From contig DJVI01000003.1 of NCBI GenBank assembly GCA_002441125.1, positions 153,383-217,382 on the forward strand: a stretch of DNA of 64,000 bases, in the 5' to 3' direction. The position numbers were made by a program, and so were the translations under genes. The notes below the pieces were generated by a model. The model saw only the letters and a program-made list of their open reading frames with translations. It made no database searches and had not been told where the DNA came from. Shown here piece after piece: positions 27,521-37,348 of this stretch (positions are counted from its first letter, which is position 1; each line of letters begins with the position of its first letter). Source of the DNA: a candidate division WOR-3 bacterium UBA6260 (lineage in GTDB: Bacteria > Hydrothermota > 32-111).

Positions 27521-27810
27521 TCTTTCTCCTTAATTATCTTTGGTAGAACTATATAATTATTTTTAACATTTTTGGAGTTCATAAGCATATCTTCACTTGT
27601 AAAAATTTTTTCCGGAGTATCATTGTTGAAAAGAGTTAAGTACCTTTTATAGTAATCTCCATCCTTTATCTCTTTAAGATCAACTTTTTTCAAAATCCTT
27701 TCTATATCTGCAAAGATATCATTTATCTGCTCAAGAAATTTAGATTTTTCATCCTCTTCCAATTCTATGAAAGAATGTTTCGCGAGTTCTTCCAAAAGTT
27801 TTTTATCCAT
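27517..27810 (-). CDS. gatC: Asp/Glu-tRNA amidotransferase subunit C
   Basis: 97 aa immediately upstream of gatA; LAK..IEL, C-terminal YIVLPKII. Confidence 0.8.
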   Translation of the reverse strand: MDKKLLEELAKHSFIELEEDEKSKFLEQINDIFADIERILKKVDLKEIKDGDYYKRYLTLFNNDTPEKIFTSEDMLMNSKNVKNNYIVLPKIIKEKE

Positions 27811-27811
27811 T

Positions 27812-29956
27812 TCACTTCCTTGTTAAATTCGCATATTCAGCAAAAATTTTTTTAACATCACCATTCAAAAATTGTATTATGAGTATTTCATCCTCTCCAG
27901 AACCTTTTTTCCCTTTAATTATACCTTCACCGAAAATGGGATGTATAACTCTTTCGTTTATATTAAATTTACTCTTCTTTTCTATTTTTGTTTCATTCTC
28001 AAAATCATATTTTCTTGTAGAGATACTTTTCATTCTATCGAAATGGTCAACTATTTTATTCTCAAAACCTATCTCTTTCAAAAACCTTGAAGGTACTCTG
28101 AAAGATGACTCCTGATAATAGAATCTTTCAACAGCATAAGTTAAAAAAAGATTTTTTTTCGCTCTCGTTAAAGCAACATATAAAAGTCTCCTCTCCTCTT
28201 CACAGTTAGAGTCCTCTTCAAAAGAGTTTCTATGAGGGAAAAGACCATCTTCGAGCCCTGTCACAAAAACATTTTCAAACTCGAGTCCCTTTGCATTATG
28301 AACAGTCATTAAAAGAAGAGAATCGTCATCTTTATAATCATCAATATCGGTGTAGAGAGAGATCATATCAAGGTATGATGATATAGATTTGTCATCATTT
28401 TTCAAAACGAACTCCTTAGCGGAGTTTAATAATTCCTGTATGTTTTCGAGTCTCGAATATTTTTCATCCTTTTCCATCTTTTCGAAAAGTTTTTCAAAAT
28501 CTATAGAATCTACCAAAAATTCCAAAGCATTATAAACATTATCTTTATTTTTTTCAACATTTTCAATTATATCCACAAACTCTTTTAAACTAATTTTAAC
28601 TTTTGTGTTTTCAGAAAAATCCGTATCAAAATTTTTCAAACTATCCCATATCGAAAGGTCTTTAGATCTCGCATTCTCTATAATATATTTTAATGTAACA
28701 TCGCCTATTCCTCTCTTTGGAAAATTTATTATCCTTTTTAAAGAGATCTCATCGTTCTTATTCACTGTAAAGGATAAGTATGAAAGAAGATCTTTTATCT
28801 CTTTTCTTTCAAAAAATTTTATGTTACCTATTATAGTATACCTTACATTGTTTTTTCTCAAAATCTCTTCAAAAGGTCTTGATTGTGCATTAGTCCTATA
28901 GAGTATAGCAAAATCTTTCAACCTTTTACCTCGACTGTTTTTAATCTCGAGTATCTTATCAACAACAAAAAGTGCTTCATCCCTCTCATCTTTACATCTA
29001 ACAATTCTAACATTCTCCCCATCCTCAAAAGATGACCATAAAACTTTTTCTTTCCTTTTTAAATTGTTTTTAATAACTTTGTTCGCTATATTCAGAATAT
29101 TTCTTGTCGAACGATAGTTCTGTTCAAGTTTCACTATTTTTGTTTCCGGAAAATGCTTTTCGAATTCGAGGATATTTTTTATCTCTGCACCTCTGAAACC
29201 GTATATCGATTGATCATCATCACCAACTACCGTTATATGGTTTTTCCCATCGTATATACTTTTTAAAATCAAAAATTGAGCATAGTTTGTATCCTGATAT
29301 TCGTCAACAAGGATATATTTGATTCTTTCGGAAAATTTTTTTCTGAAGATTTCATTCTCATCAAAAATCCTTATAGTTTCTAAAAGCAGATCATCAAAAT
29401 CGTAAGCATCATTTTTTTTCAAAGTTTCCTGATACTGAATATATATATCTTTTATTTTTTTAAATGAATAATCTTCAGAGTCAAGATCGTCAGGGGAAAT
29501 CATTTTGTTTTTCAAAGATGAAATTATCCTACAAACAACCTTTGGTTCAAGATCATGAATATTTTTTTCTTTTAAAATATTTTTTATAACACTTTTAGAA
29601 TCATCAACATCGTATATTGAAAAATATGGATTTTTCATCCTTTCCCATCTGAACCTTTTTATTATCCTTACACACATAGAATGGAAAGTTCCTATCATCA
29701 TATTTTTCACAGGATACCCTAAAAGCTTTTCAACTCTTTCTTTCATCTCATCCGCAGCTTTGTTTGTAAAAGTTACAGCAAAGATGTTCTCCGGGTTTGA
29801 AAGATCCTTTTTTAAAAGATAAAAAATTTTGTATGTTAAAACTCTTGTTTTTCCAGAACCTGCTCCAGCAAGAACGAGTAATGGAGATTTTAGGTATAAA
29901 ACCGCCTCTCTCTGTTTTTCGTTCAATTCATTTAAGAAACTGTTATCAACATCCAT
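27812..29956 (-). CDS. pcrA: ATP-dependent DNA helicase PcrA/UvrD
   Basis: LAGAGSGKTRVL, VTFTNKAA, LVDEYQDTN, VGDDDQSIYGFRGA, LEQNYRST, LMTVHNAKGLEF, EERRLLYVALTRA, C-terminal Tudor V.HP.FG.G. Confidence 0.96.
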   Translation of the reverse strand: MDVDNSFLNELNEKQREAVLYLKSPLLVLAGAGSGKTRVLTYKIFYLLKKDLSNPENIFAVTFTNKAADEMKERVEKLLGYPVKNMMIGTFHSMCVRIIKRFRWERMKNPYFSIYDVDDSKSVIKNILKEKNIHDLEPKVVCRIISSLKNKMISPDDLDSEDYSFKKIKDIYIQYQETLKKNDAYDFDDLLLETIRIFDENEIFRKKFSERIKYILVDEYQDTNYAQFLILKSIYDGKNHITVVGDDDQSIYGFRGAEIKNILEFEKHFPETKIVKLEQNYRSTRNILNIANKVIKNNLKRKEKVLWSSFEDGENVRIVRCKDERDEALFVVDKILEIKNSRGKRLKDFAILYRTNAQSRPFEEILRKNNVRYTIIGNIKFFERKEIKDLLSYLSFTVNKNDEISLKRIINFPKRGIGDVTLKYIIENARSKDLSIWDSLKNFDTDFSENTKVKISLKEFVDIIENVEKNKDNVYNALEFLVDSIDFEKLFEKMEKDEKYSRLENIQELLNSAKEFVLKNDDKSISSYLDMISLYTDIDDYKDDDSLLLMTVHNAKGLEFENVFVTGLEDGLFPHRNSFEEDSNCEEERRLLYVALTRAKKNLFLTYAVERFYYQESSFRVPSRFLKEIGFENKIVDHFDRMKSISTRKYDFENETKIEKKSKFNINERVIHPIFGEGIIKGKKGSGEDEILIIQFLNGDVKKIFAEYANLTRK

Positions 29957-29957
29957 A

Positions 29958-30920
29958 TCAAAATCTATAATATTCTTTAAACCAAAGGTAAAACTTCCTT
30001 ATCCCTTCTTCAATATCAGTCCTGGGTTCATAGTTTAAAATCTTTTTACTTTTTTTTATATCGGCGAATGTTTTTTTCATATCAAAACTTTTTCTTTCCT
30101 CTTCAACATATTTGAAATCTGGAATCAGTTTTTTTATTATCCTCAAAACTTCCTCTATTTTCACAGGTTTTGAACATCCTATGTTTAAAATATCCAAACC
30201 TTTTAAGTTTTCAACATACTCTATCGATCTTTTTATCATCTCAACTCCATCATCTATGTATGTGAAATCCCTTTCAGTGTTTGGAAATACAACAGATCTT
30301 TTCCCTTTATAATGGTTTAAAAAAAATTTATGTAACATCAGATCTGGTCTCTGTGAAGGTCCATAGAATGTGAACAACCTCAAAATAAGAAAATCCATAC
30401 CAAAATTTTCACAGAAGAATTTTGCGATATTTTCTCCTTCAACTTTTGTAAAGCCATAAAAAGATATTGGAGATGGAGTAAAATTTTCTTTGAAAGGAAC
30501 TCTATTGTTACCATAAATCGAAGATGAAGAAGAAAAAATAATTTTTTCAATTCTATATTTTTTTGCCATTTCAAAAATGTTGAAACTTCCTTTTACATTA
30601 TTCTCAAAATAATCTCGCATCATTTCGTTTGAAAAATGGACACCGGGAAGTGCTGCAAGATGTATAATAAGATCTATTTTATACTCTTTAAAAAAATCCT
30701 CTAAATTTTTTTTGTCCTTTATATCAATATTAAAAATGTTTTTGTAATTTTTATTTTTTTCTATCTTTTTTGTCAGATAAAGATTGTAAAGCTTCTGTCT
30801 AACATCATAATAATCTGAAAAATTATCAATGATGAAAATATTATATTTCTTTTGATCGAGTTTTTTATAGAGAGAACTCCCTATAAAACCAGCACCACCT
30901 GTTATAAGAATATTTTTCAT
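29958..30920 (-). CDS. NAD-dependent nucleotide-sugar epimerase (UDP-glucuronate 4-epimerase-like)
   Basis: ITGGAGFIGS, HLAA, SSSSIYG, YGFTK (YxxxK), RLFTFYGP..RPD, RDFTYIDD. Confidence 0.85.
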   Translation of the reverse strand: MKNILITGGAGFIGSSLYKKLDQKKYNIFIIDNFSDYYDVRQKLYNLYLTKKIEKNKNYKNIFNIDIKDKKNLEDFFKEYKIDLIIHLAALPGVHFSNEMMRDYFENNVKGSFNIFEMAKKYRIEKIIFSSSSSIYGNNRVPFKENFTPSPISFYGFTKVEGENIAKFFCENFGMDFLILRLFTFYGPSQRPDLMLHKFFLNHYKGKRSVVFPNTERDFTYIDDGVEMIKRSIEYVENLKGLDILNIGCSKPVKIEEVLRIIKKLIPDFKYVEEERKSFDMKKTFADIKKSKKILNYEPRTDIEEGIRKFYLWFKEYYRF

Positions 30921-30928
30921 ATCTTTTT

Positions 30929-30956
30929 ATCATAACAGAATATTGAATGTTGTCAA
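30929..30956 (-). promoter_or_regulatory. Sigma70 promoter, probably leaderless, for the epimerase-pcrA-gatCAB-eno operon
   Basis: TTGACA (30956-30951)-N16-TATGAT (30934-30929), ATG 8 nt downstream, no SD. Confidence 0.55.
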
Positions 30957-31268
30957 CTTTCATCACTTTTAAAATTAACCCCTATTTTGATCCATTTGTG
31001 TTAACTACATTTTTCAAATATTTCTATTATAGTGTTATGTGGTATTCAACTTATTTTAAAATTTTAATTTTTTAAAATAAAATTATATTTTAATGAAAGT
31101 AAATTTCCGCTGATCTATCTTTAAAAATTTTCAAAACATTTTCATGTTGAACACTAAAACATTTAACATGTTCAGAAAAATATAGTATCTAAACTTCACC
31201 GCTTTAAATTGTAAAATTTAATTTTGAAATTCAAATTTTTATCTTCAGATCTATTTGCTGTCACAATA

Positions 31269-31297
31269 TTGACATAGATTTGAATAGATATTATCAT
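31269..31297 (+). promoter_or_regulatory. Sigma70 promoter of the flavin oxidoreductase-CGGC operon
   Basis: TTGACA-N17-TATCAT. Confidence 0.6.
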
Positions 31298-31385
31298 AAA
31301 AAATGTCAAAAGTAATAATAAAGGGTTACAAGCAAAATATTTATAAGATATTCTCAACATATTGAAAAACAAAAAAGGATAATAT

Positions 31386-33299
31386 ATGAATTATAAACAT
31401 TTATTTTCAGAAATTAAAGTTGGGAATCTGATGTTGAAAAACCGAATAATTTTTCCGCCAATTTCAACAAATCTTGCATTAAACTCAGGAGAGATTGATT
31501 CTGCATTTGTATATCACTACACAAGAAGAGCTAAAGGTGGTGCCGCTCTTGTTATTCTTGAAAATATGTGTATTCAATTTCCTGAGGCAAGGAATGGTGC
31601 TTTACAACCGAGGATAGACAGCGATATATTTATTCCAGGTTTGAGCAAAATTGCTTACAGTATACATAATTATGGTAGTTTAGCGTTTATGGAACTCACC
31701 CATCCGGGTCTTTTTGCAGAACTTGAATACACTGACAGAAAAATCCCAGTTGCTCCTTCGGTAGTAAGTTTAAGACCTGACAATATCATCCCAAAAGAGC
31801 TTACAAAAGAAGAGATCTATAATATTGCCGAATCATTTGCCCAAGCGGCATTAAGAGCAAAAAAGGCTTTATTTGACGGTGTAGAAATTGAAGCCGCACA
31901 TGGTCTTCTCGTTAATCAATTCCTATCACCTCTTTCAAACAAAAGAACAGATGAGTTTGGAGGTAATTTAGAAAACAGAGTAAGATTTGCAAAGATTATT
32001 ATTGATAATATAAAAAAATTATGTGGGAAAGATTTTACTGTAACAGCAAGAGTTGGTGTAATCGACTTTATAAATGGAGGTATAGATATAAAAGAAGGGG
32101 TAAAGATCGCTAAAGCTTTTGAAGAAATTGGCTATGCCGCTGTTCATGCAGATGTTGGATTTGGAAACAAAGAATATAGACTTGAACCTATGCAATACTT
32201 TGAGGCTTGGAGAACAGATTTTGCGAGTTCTTTAAAAAAAGAATTAAAGATACCGGTAATCGCAGTAGGTATGATCAGAACACCAAAAACTGCTGACGAA
32301 ATTATAGCTTCTGGAAAAGCAGATATAGTAGCATTAGGAAGAACTCTGATAGCAGATCCAGATTTCCCTATTAAGGCAGAAAGTGGTAGAGAAGATGAAA
32401 TAAAAAAATGTATCGGATGTAGCGAATGTATAAAAGCTCGTCACGATGAAGAAGTTGTAATAAGGTGCGGGATAAACCCTTTGGTCGGCAAAAGCGAGTA
32501 TGAGGAAATATTTATTCCATCCACAAAGCAAAAGAAAATACTGGTCGTAGGTGCAGGGCCCGCTGGACTGGAAGCTGCGATAACGATGGCTAAAAGGGGA
32601 CATAAAGTTTATATATGGGAAAAAGAGGATCATATCGGTGGAGCGCTGAAACTTGCAACTCTCCCACCAGGAAAAGAAAAACTTCAATGGCTTTTGGAAT
32701 ATTACTCAAATATGACAAAAAAATTAGGTATCCAAATTACATTGAATAAAGAAGCAACGGAGGAAAATATAGACAGTTTTAAACCAGATACGGTGATTTT
32801 AGCAAACGGAAGCAAAGCTTTTATACCGCCAATTAAAGGTATAAACAATAAAAACTCGATCACCTTTGAAAAAATTCTAAATGGTACAATCGAAATTACG
32901 AACAAAAAAGTTATCGTTGGTGGAGGGGGACTGGTAGGTTGTGAAACAGCACTCTATCTCGCTTCAAAAGGTAATGATGTAACTATTCTTGAAATGCTCT
33001 CAGAAATCGCAGGGGGAATGGAGAAAATAAGTAAAAATTATTTGTTGAAAGAACTCTCTGAAAGAAATGTGAAATACTTTGTAAACTCTCCAATAAAAGA
33101 AATCACTGAAAAGTTTGTAACCTTCGGAGAAGGGAATAGTATTGAAATGGATTATTTTATTGTCTCTTTTGGAGGAGTTTCCAACCATAATCTATATGAA
33201 AAAACAAAATATGAAACCTATTTAGTTGGAGATGCTCTAAAACCAAATAAAATAATAGATGCTGTGCATACAGGATTTGCAATAGGTAAAATAGTATAA
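31386..33299 (+). CDS. NADH:flavin oxidoreductase (OYE-like TIM barrel + 4Fe-4S + FAD domain; FadH/BaiH family)
   Basis: LKNRI, AHGLLVNQFLSP..NKRTDEFGG.LENR.RF, GRTLIADP, CIGCSEC..C.INP, VVGAGPAGLEAA, VGGGLVGCETA. Confidence 0.9.
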   Translation: MNYKHLFSEIKVGNLMLKNRIIFPPISTNLALNSGEIDSAFVYHYTRRAKGGAALVILENMCIQFPEARNGALQPRIDSDIFIPGLSKIAYSIHNYGSLAFMELTHPGLFAELEYTDRKIPVAPSVVSLRPDNIIPKELTKEEIYNIAESFAQAALRAKKALFDGVEIEAAHGLLVNQFLSPLSNKRTDEFGGNLENRVRFAKIIIDNIKKLCGKDFTVTARVGVIDFINGGIDIKEGVKIAKAFEEIGYAAVHADVGFGNKEYRLEPMQYFEAWRTDFASSLKKELKIPVIAVGMIRTPKTADEIIASGKADIVALGRTLIADPDFPIKAESGREDEIKKCIGCSECIKARHDEEVVIRCGINPLVGKSEYEEIFIPSTKQKKILVVGAGPAGLEAAITMAKRGHKVYIWEKEDHIGGALKLATLPPGKEKLQWLLEYYSNMTKKLGIQITLNKEATEENIDSFKPDTVILANGSKAFIPPIKGINNKNSITFEKILNGTIEITNKKVIVGGGGLVGCETALYLASKGNDVTILEMLSEIAGGMEKISKNYLLKELSERNVKYFVNSPIKEITEKFVTFGEGNSIEMDYFIVSFGGVSNHNLYEKTKYETYLVGDALKPNKIIDAVHTGFAIGKIV

Positions 33300-33334
33300 A
33301 TACTTTCATCTTTAAAAATTAAAGAGGAGGAATA

Positions 33335-33781
33335 ATGGAAGAAAAAATTAAAATTGGAATTATTATTTGTGATAGGTATAAAAGCTGTGCAGGTGGAAAA
33401 TGTTTCAGATCACTAAAAGAGAGAGTTGGAGCGTTCAGCAATTATCAAGGGAAAGAGGTTGAAATTGTTGGATACACTTCCTGCGGTGGTTGCCCTGGCC
33501 CAAATATAGAATACGCTCCAGAAGAGATGAAAAAAAATGGAGCGAATGTAATCCACTTCGCAACCGGAATGGTTGTGGGTTATCCCCCTTGCCCATATAT
33601 TCAACACTTTAAGGAGTTCATAGAAGAAAAATACAAGATGCAGGTTGTTATAGGAACACATCCAATACCTCAAAAATATTTTCTTACCCATCAAAAACTT
33701 GGAACATGGAATACACCTGAACGGGAGGAAATGATAAAAGCAACATTAACAGATGAAAAGATAAGGATTTCATACGATTGA
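33335..33781 (+). CDS. CGGC-domain protein
   Basis: IGIIICDRY..CAGGKC, SCGGCPG, IHFATG..CP, GTH. Confidence 0.85.
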   Translation: MEEKIKIGIIICDRYKSCAGGKCFRSLKERVGAFSNYQGKEVEIVGYTSCGGCPGPNIEYAPEEMKKNGANVIHFATGMVVGYPPCPYIQHFKEFIEEKYKMQVVIGTHPIPQKYFLTHQKLGTWNTPEREEMIKATLTDEKIRISYD

Positions 33782-33809
33782 TCATAAACGATCAAAAAAA
33801 TTTAAAGGG

Positions 33810-34763
33810 CTATCTGAATTTTCTTATGTAATAGACATGCCCCTGATGATAAACTTTTATAAGTTTACCTTTTTTTATAAGTGAATCGACTATGTGTAAA
33901 TTTTTTCTGTCTTTTTCTAAAAACTCTTTTACCGCATCTTCCCTCATTGGATGAACAGCAGTTATACTTAACAGATCTTCCTCCACATTACCTGAGTAAG
34001 CAAAAGCATTTCCTTCATATCCTATAAGATACTCTACCCTGCCCTTCAATTTATTTTCAAATATTTGAAAAAATGAGTTGATAGTTTCTTCTTTTGGAGA
34101 ATTAGCCCATTTTTCAGCAGTTGGTCTTGTTGGAATCGATAGGTAAGAGGTCTTTAAATTTTTCAGGTTCGACAAATATTCCGCAATCTTTTTAAATTCA
34201 TCCCCATAATCAAAATTATCGATAACCATAGTTTCAGAGATAAGAATACCTTTAAATTCAGAGCTGAACTTTTCAACACCTTCAAGAATCTTATCCAGAT
34301 CAAGTTTTTTAAACCCTCTATCAATCTGTTTCCATATATCTGTAGAAACCGCATCAACTTTTATGGAAACAAGATCAAAATTCATTAAGGCTTTTCTTAC
34401 CTCTTCATCCCACATTAAACTCGAGTTTGTAATAATCGCAACAGGGAGAGATAATTGTTTTATTAATGAAACTTCTTTCTCTAAATTTATATCGAGAGTT
34501 GGTTCCCCATCTGGAACAAAAGTGATATAATCTATCTTTTCTCTTCTTTCAATAGCAACCCTAACCTTTTCATTTACACTTTTAAAAATTTCTTCTGGTG
34601 TATAAAACGGTTTTCTATCTATTGTTATTTTCAAACTCCTACCCAGTTGACAATAAACACATGAGTAACTACAGATTTTAAAAGGAATATTGTTTACCCC
34701 TAAGCTTTTTCCTAATCTTCTTGATGGCACAGGTCCAAAAGCGATACCTTTTGTTTTTCTCAT
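33810..34763 (-). CDS. Radical SAM protein (COG0731-like)
   Basis: FGPVPSRRLGKSLGVN, CSYSCVYC (CX3CX2C), DGEPTL, ITNSSL, HPMRE. Confidence 0.88.
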   Translation of the reverse strand: MRKTKGIAFGPVPSRRLGKSLGVNNIPFKICSYSCVYCQLGRSLKITIDRKPFYTPEEIFKSVNEKVRVAIERREKIDYITFVPDGEPTLDINLEKEVSLIKQLSLPVAIITNSSLMWDEEVRKALMNFDLVSIKVDAVSTDIWKQIDRGFKKLDLDKILEGVEKFSSEFKGILISETMVIDNFDYGDEFKKIAEYLSNLKNLKTSYLSIPTRPTAEKWANSPKEETINSFFQIFENKLKGRVEYLIGYEGNAFAYSGNVEEDLLSITAVHPMREDAVKEFLEKDRKNLHIVDSLIKKGKLIKVYHQGHVYYIRKFR

Positions 34764-34772
34764 ATCGTTTCT

Positions 34773-35633
34773 TTAAAAAATCTTTGAAACTTTTTCCCAC
34801 ACCCTTTTTATCTCTTTTGATACTTTACTGTCTGGAACAAACTTTACAACAGGTTCTCCATTTGCCATAGCGTTTGTAACTGAAGGGTCAAAAGGAATCT
34901 TTCCTACAACCTCATAATTTTTCAAGTGACAGAAATCTTCAATCTCTTTTGTTTTCTCTATGTTTATATCAAATTTATTGATCAATATAAAAGGTTTTAT
35001 CCTGAAATGTTCCATCAATTCGAGTATTCTTTTAAGGTCATGAACACCCGATACTGTTGGTTCAGTAACTATCACACCAGCACTCGTTCCAGTAATAGAA
35101 GAAATAACAGGACAGCTGATGCCGGGAGCCCCATCGATAATTATTTTCCCAATATTCTTACTTACAGCAACTTCTTTAGCCTGATCTCTTACAAAAGTAA
35201 CAAGTTTGCCAGAATTTTCTTCACCTGGATCAAGCATAGCATGAGACATAAAACCATTTTCAATTTTGGAAAGGTATATGTTTCCAGAAACCTTTTGTTT
35301 CATTTCTATAGCTTTCACAGGACAAATAAGTCCACAGACGCCACACCCTTCACAACTGTGTGGTTCAACAATAAAATCGTCAGAAATTGCATCAAACCTG
35401 CAATTTTCTCTGCAAAGGTTACATTCCACACACCTTTTTTTATCTATCAACGCTGCTTTCGAGCCCTTGAATTCAGATTTTTTAATTAACTCTGGATGTA
35501 AAAGAAGGTGTAGATCCGGAGCATCAACATCACAATCTGCAACAATTACTTTATCTGCAAGTACTGAAAATGAAGCTGTTATCGTTGTTTTTCCCGTGCC
35601 TCCCTTACCACTGACAATAACTAACTCTTTCAT
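34773..35633 (-). CDS. MinD-superfamily P-loop ATPase with inserted 2x[4Fe-4S] ferredoxin (COG1149-like)
   Basis: SGKGGTGKTT, DCDVDAPDL, CVECNLC..C / CEGCGVC..CP, GEENSGKLV, DGAPGISCPV, VTEPT.SG.HDL. Confidence 0.9.
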   Translation of the reverse strand: MKELVIVSGKGGTGKTTITASFSVLADKVIVADCDVDAPDLHLLLHPELIKKSEFKGSKAALIDKKRCVECNLCRENCRFDAISDDFIVEPHSCEGCGVCGLICPVKAIEMKQKVSGNIYLSKIENGFMSHAMLDPGEENSGKLVTFVRDQAKEVAVSKNIGKIIIDGAPGISCPVISSITGTSAGVIVTEPTVSGVHDLKRILELMEHFRIKPFILINKFDINIEKTKEIEDFCHLKNYEVVGKIPFDPSVTNAMANGEPVVKFVPDSKVSKEIKRVWEKVSKIF

Positions 35634-36466
35634 TTTTGTATCTTCTCTTTTATCGTGTTAAAAAGTTTTTGAAATTTTTCTTTCCATTCTGCCATTTCTA
35701 AAACAAATGGAATACCTTTAGAATAGAGTTCTGCTATTTTTCTTTCAAATGGGATCTCAAGTAAAATATCTATACCTTCTTTTTTGCAATAATCGTATAT
35801 TTTTCTATCCCCTATATCTGCTCTATTTACCACTACACCAAAAGGTATTTTCATCTCCCTCAAAAGACTTATCGCAATTTTTAAATCATGCAAACCAAAT
35901 GGTGTTGGTTCTGTAACCAATACACTAAAATCACTATTCTTGACAGATTCTATAACCGGACAAGATGCCCCGGGTGGAGAATCTATGATAACATTTTTGT
36001 TTTTGTTCATTCTCGATTTTACTTCCCTAACAACATTTGAAGCAACAGCATCACCTACTTCAAGTTCACCATATATAATTTCTATCCCATTTGAATTCCC
36101 ATAATAAATTGTACCGGTTTTATGTAGTTCCTCTTTTATTGCACCTTTAGGGCATACGATTTTGCATCCTCCACAGCTATGACAAAGTTCAGGTAAGATA
36201 AAGGTTTTCTCCCTGCTTACAAAAATTGCATTGAATTCACAAAACTTTGCACATTTACCACAGTTATCACATAGAGATTCATTAATAGATGGAACCAAAA
36301 TGAAAAGATTCTCAGTTTTGTTAATCTCTGGTTTTAAAAACAGATAAGAATTAGGTTCCTCCACATCGCAATCTAAAAGTTGAACATTATCAATAGATAA
36401 TGCTAAATTTGTAGCAAACGAGGTTTTGCCTGTTCCACCTTTTCCACTTGCAACAGAGATTATCAT
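35630..36466 (-). CDS. MinD-superfamily P-loop ATPase with inserted 2x[4Fe-4S] ferredoxin (second paralogue)
   Basis: SGKGGTGKT, DCDVEEPN, CDNCGKC..C / CHSCGGC..CP, DSPPGASCPV, VTEPTPFGLHDL. Confidence 0.9.
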   Translation of the reverse strand: MIISVASGKGGTGKTSFATNLALSIDNVQLLDCDVEEPNSYLFLKPEINKTENLFILVPSINESLCDNCGKCAKFCEFNAIFVSREKTFILPELCHSCGGCKIVCPKGAIKEELHKTGTIYYGNSNGIEIIYGELEVGDAVASNVVREVKSRMNKNKNVIIDSPPGASCPVIESVKNSDFSVLVTEPTPFGLHDLKIAISLLREMKIPFGVVVNRADIGDRKIYDYCKKEGIDILLEIPFERKIAELYSKGIPFVLEMAEWKEKFQKLFNTIKEKIQK

Positions 36467-36474
36467 ATTTTAGA

Positions 36475-36798
36475 TTACCCCAATAAACCTTTTTTAAACT
36501 TTTCAACCAATTCTTTAACCGTTCCGTTTACTCCGACGATAACCTTTATATTTGAAGTATTTAAAATTCTTAAAGCGTTTGGTCCTACATCACCAGTGAT
36601 AATGACATCTACTCCTTTATCTATTAAAGTTTGTGAAGATTTCACGCCGGCTCCACCACCAGCGTTTACAGAATCGTTTGGAATAGATTCAAAATCCATA
36701 CTATCAGGATCTATTATGATAAAGTATGCGCATCTGCCAAATCTTGGATCCATTGCGGAATCAATAGACTGACCAGTCGAAGTTACACAAATTTTCAT
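36475..36798 (-). CDS. NifB/NifX-family (dinitrogenase FeMo-cofactor-binding-like, COG1433) protein
   Basis: DPRFGRCAYF, GGGAG, VIITGDVGP.A. Confidence 0.88.
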   Translation of the reverse strand: MKICVTSTGQSIDSAMDPRFGRCAYFIIIDPDSMDFESIPNDSVNAGGGAGVKSSQTLIDKGVDVIITGDVGPNALRILNTSNIKVIVGVNGTVKELVEKFKKGLLG

Positions 36799-36912
36799 CC
36801 TTGCCTCCTCTTGTTGCCACCATTAATAATTTTGTTAAAAATTTTTCCCTTGAAATTGTTCCTTCTCTTAATTTGTAAAAATCAATATAAAGTTTAATAT
36901 ATAAATTTTCAT

Positions 36913-37263
36913 TTAAAAATTTCCCTTGCCACGTCCTCTACCTTTACCTTGTCCATATCCGAATATTCCTCTTCTCAATCCTCTACCTCTACCAAATCCT
37001 CTTCCTTGTCCTGAAACGAATGTACCACCATTTTCACCATTAAAATATCTGCCTAAATTATTATGGCTATTAATATTTGGTATATTAACATTCTCCATAG
37101 ACAGTGCCCCTTTGGGACATTTATCTATACAAAAACCACAATCGGTACATTTTGTCTTATCAACAAAAGCCTTCCTATTTGAAATTGCTATAGCATTTAC
37201 AGGACAAAAATCAACACATATCCCACATCCAACACATTTGGTTTTATCAACATTAACCGACAT
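36913..37263 (-). CDS. 2x[4Fe-4S] ferredoxin with Gly/Arg-rich C-terminal tail
   Basis: CVGCGICVDFCP, CTDCGFCIDKCP, tail GQGRGFGRGRGLRRG...GQGKGRGRGKG. Confidence 0.85.
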   Translation of the reverse strand: MSVNVDKTKCVGCGICVDFCPVNAIAISNRKAFVDKTKCTDCGFCIDKCPKGALSMENVNIPNINSHNNLGRYFNGENGGTFVSGQGRGFGRGRGLRRGIFGYGQGKGRGRGKGNF

Positions 37264-37290
37264 ATTTTAACCTCTCCAAGTTTGGTTAGC

Positions 37291-37329
37291 AAAAAGACGG
37301 TGGAGATAAAAAAACAAACCTCCATCGTC
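37291..37329. terminator. Terminator-like hairpin between DUF5320 and ferredoxin genes
   Basis: 10-bp arms 37296-37305 and 37320-37329 (one A.C mismatch in the minus-strand RNA) followed by U5 on the minus strand. Confidence 0.45.
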
Positions 37330-37348
37330 ATATTTAATAGTTCTATTC

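Noticed and set aside
29958-30920. Epimerase as ceramide reductase CerR partnering the GNAT
   Set aside because: Motifs fit nucleotide-sugar epimerases (YGP..RPD, RDFTYIDD) and it lies 18 kb away in another operon.
33770-33790. Selenocysteine read-through at the CGGC gene TGA
   Set aside because: The TGA is followed by TCA TAA; there is no extension and no SECIS-like hairpin.
36475-36798. Nitrogen fixation gene
   Set aside because: The NifB/NifX-like domain is widespread outside diazotrophs and there is no nifHDK here.
36799-36912. Possible small ORF or frameshift extension between ferredoxin and NifX-like genes
   Set aside because: Only a 14-codon ATG ORF without SD, and an alternative open frame with no start or recognisable motif.
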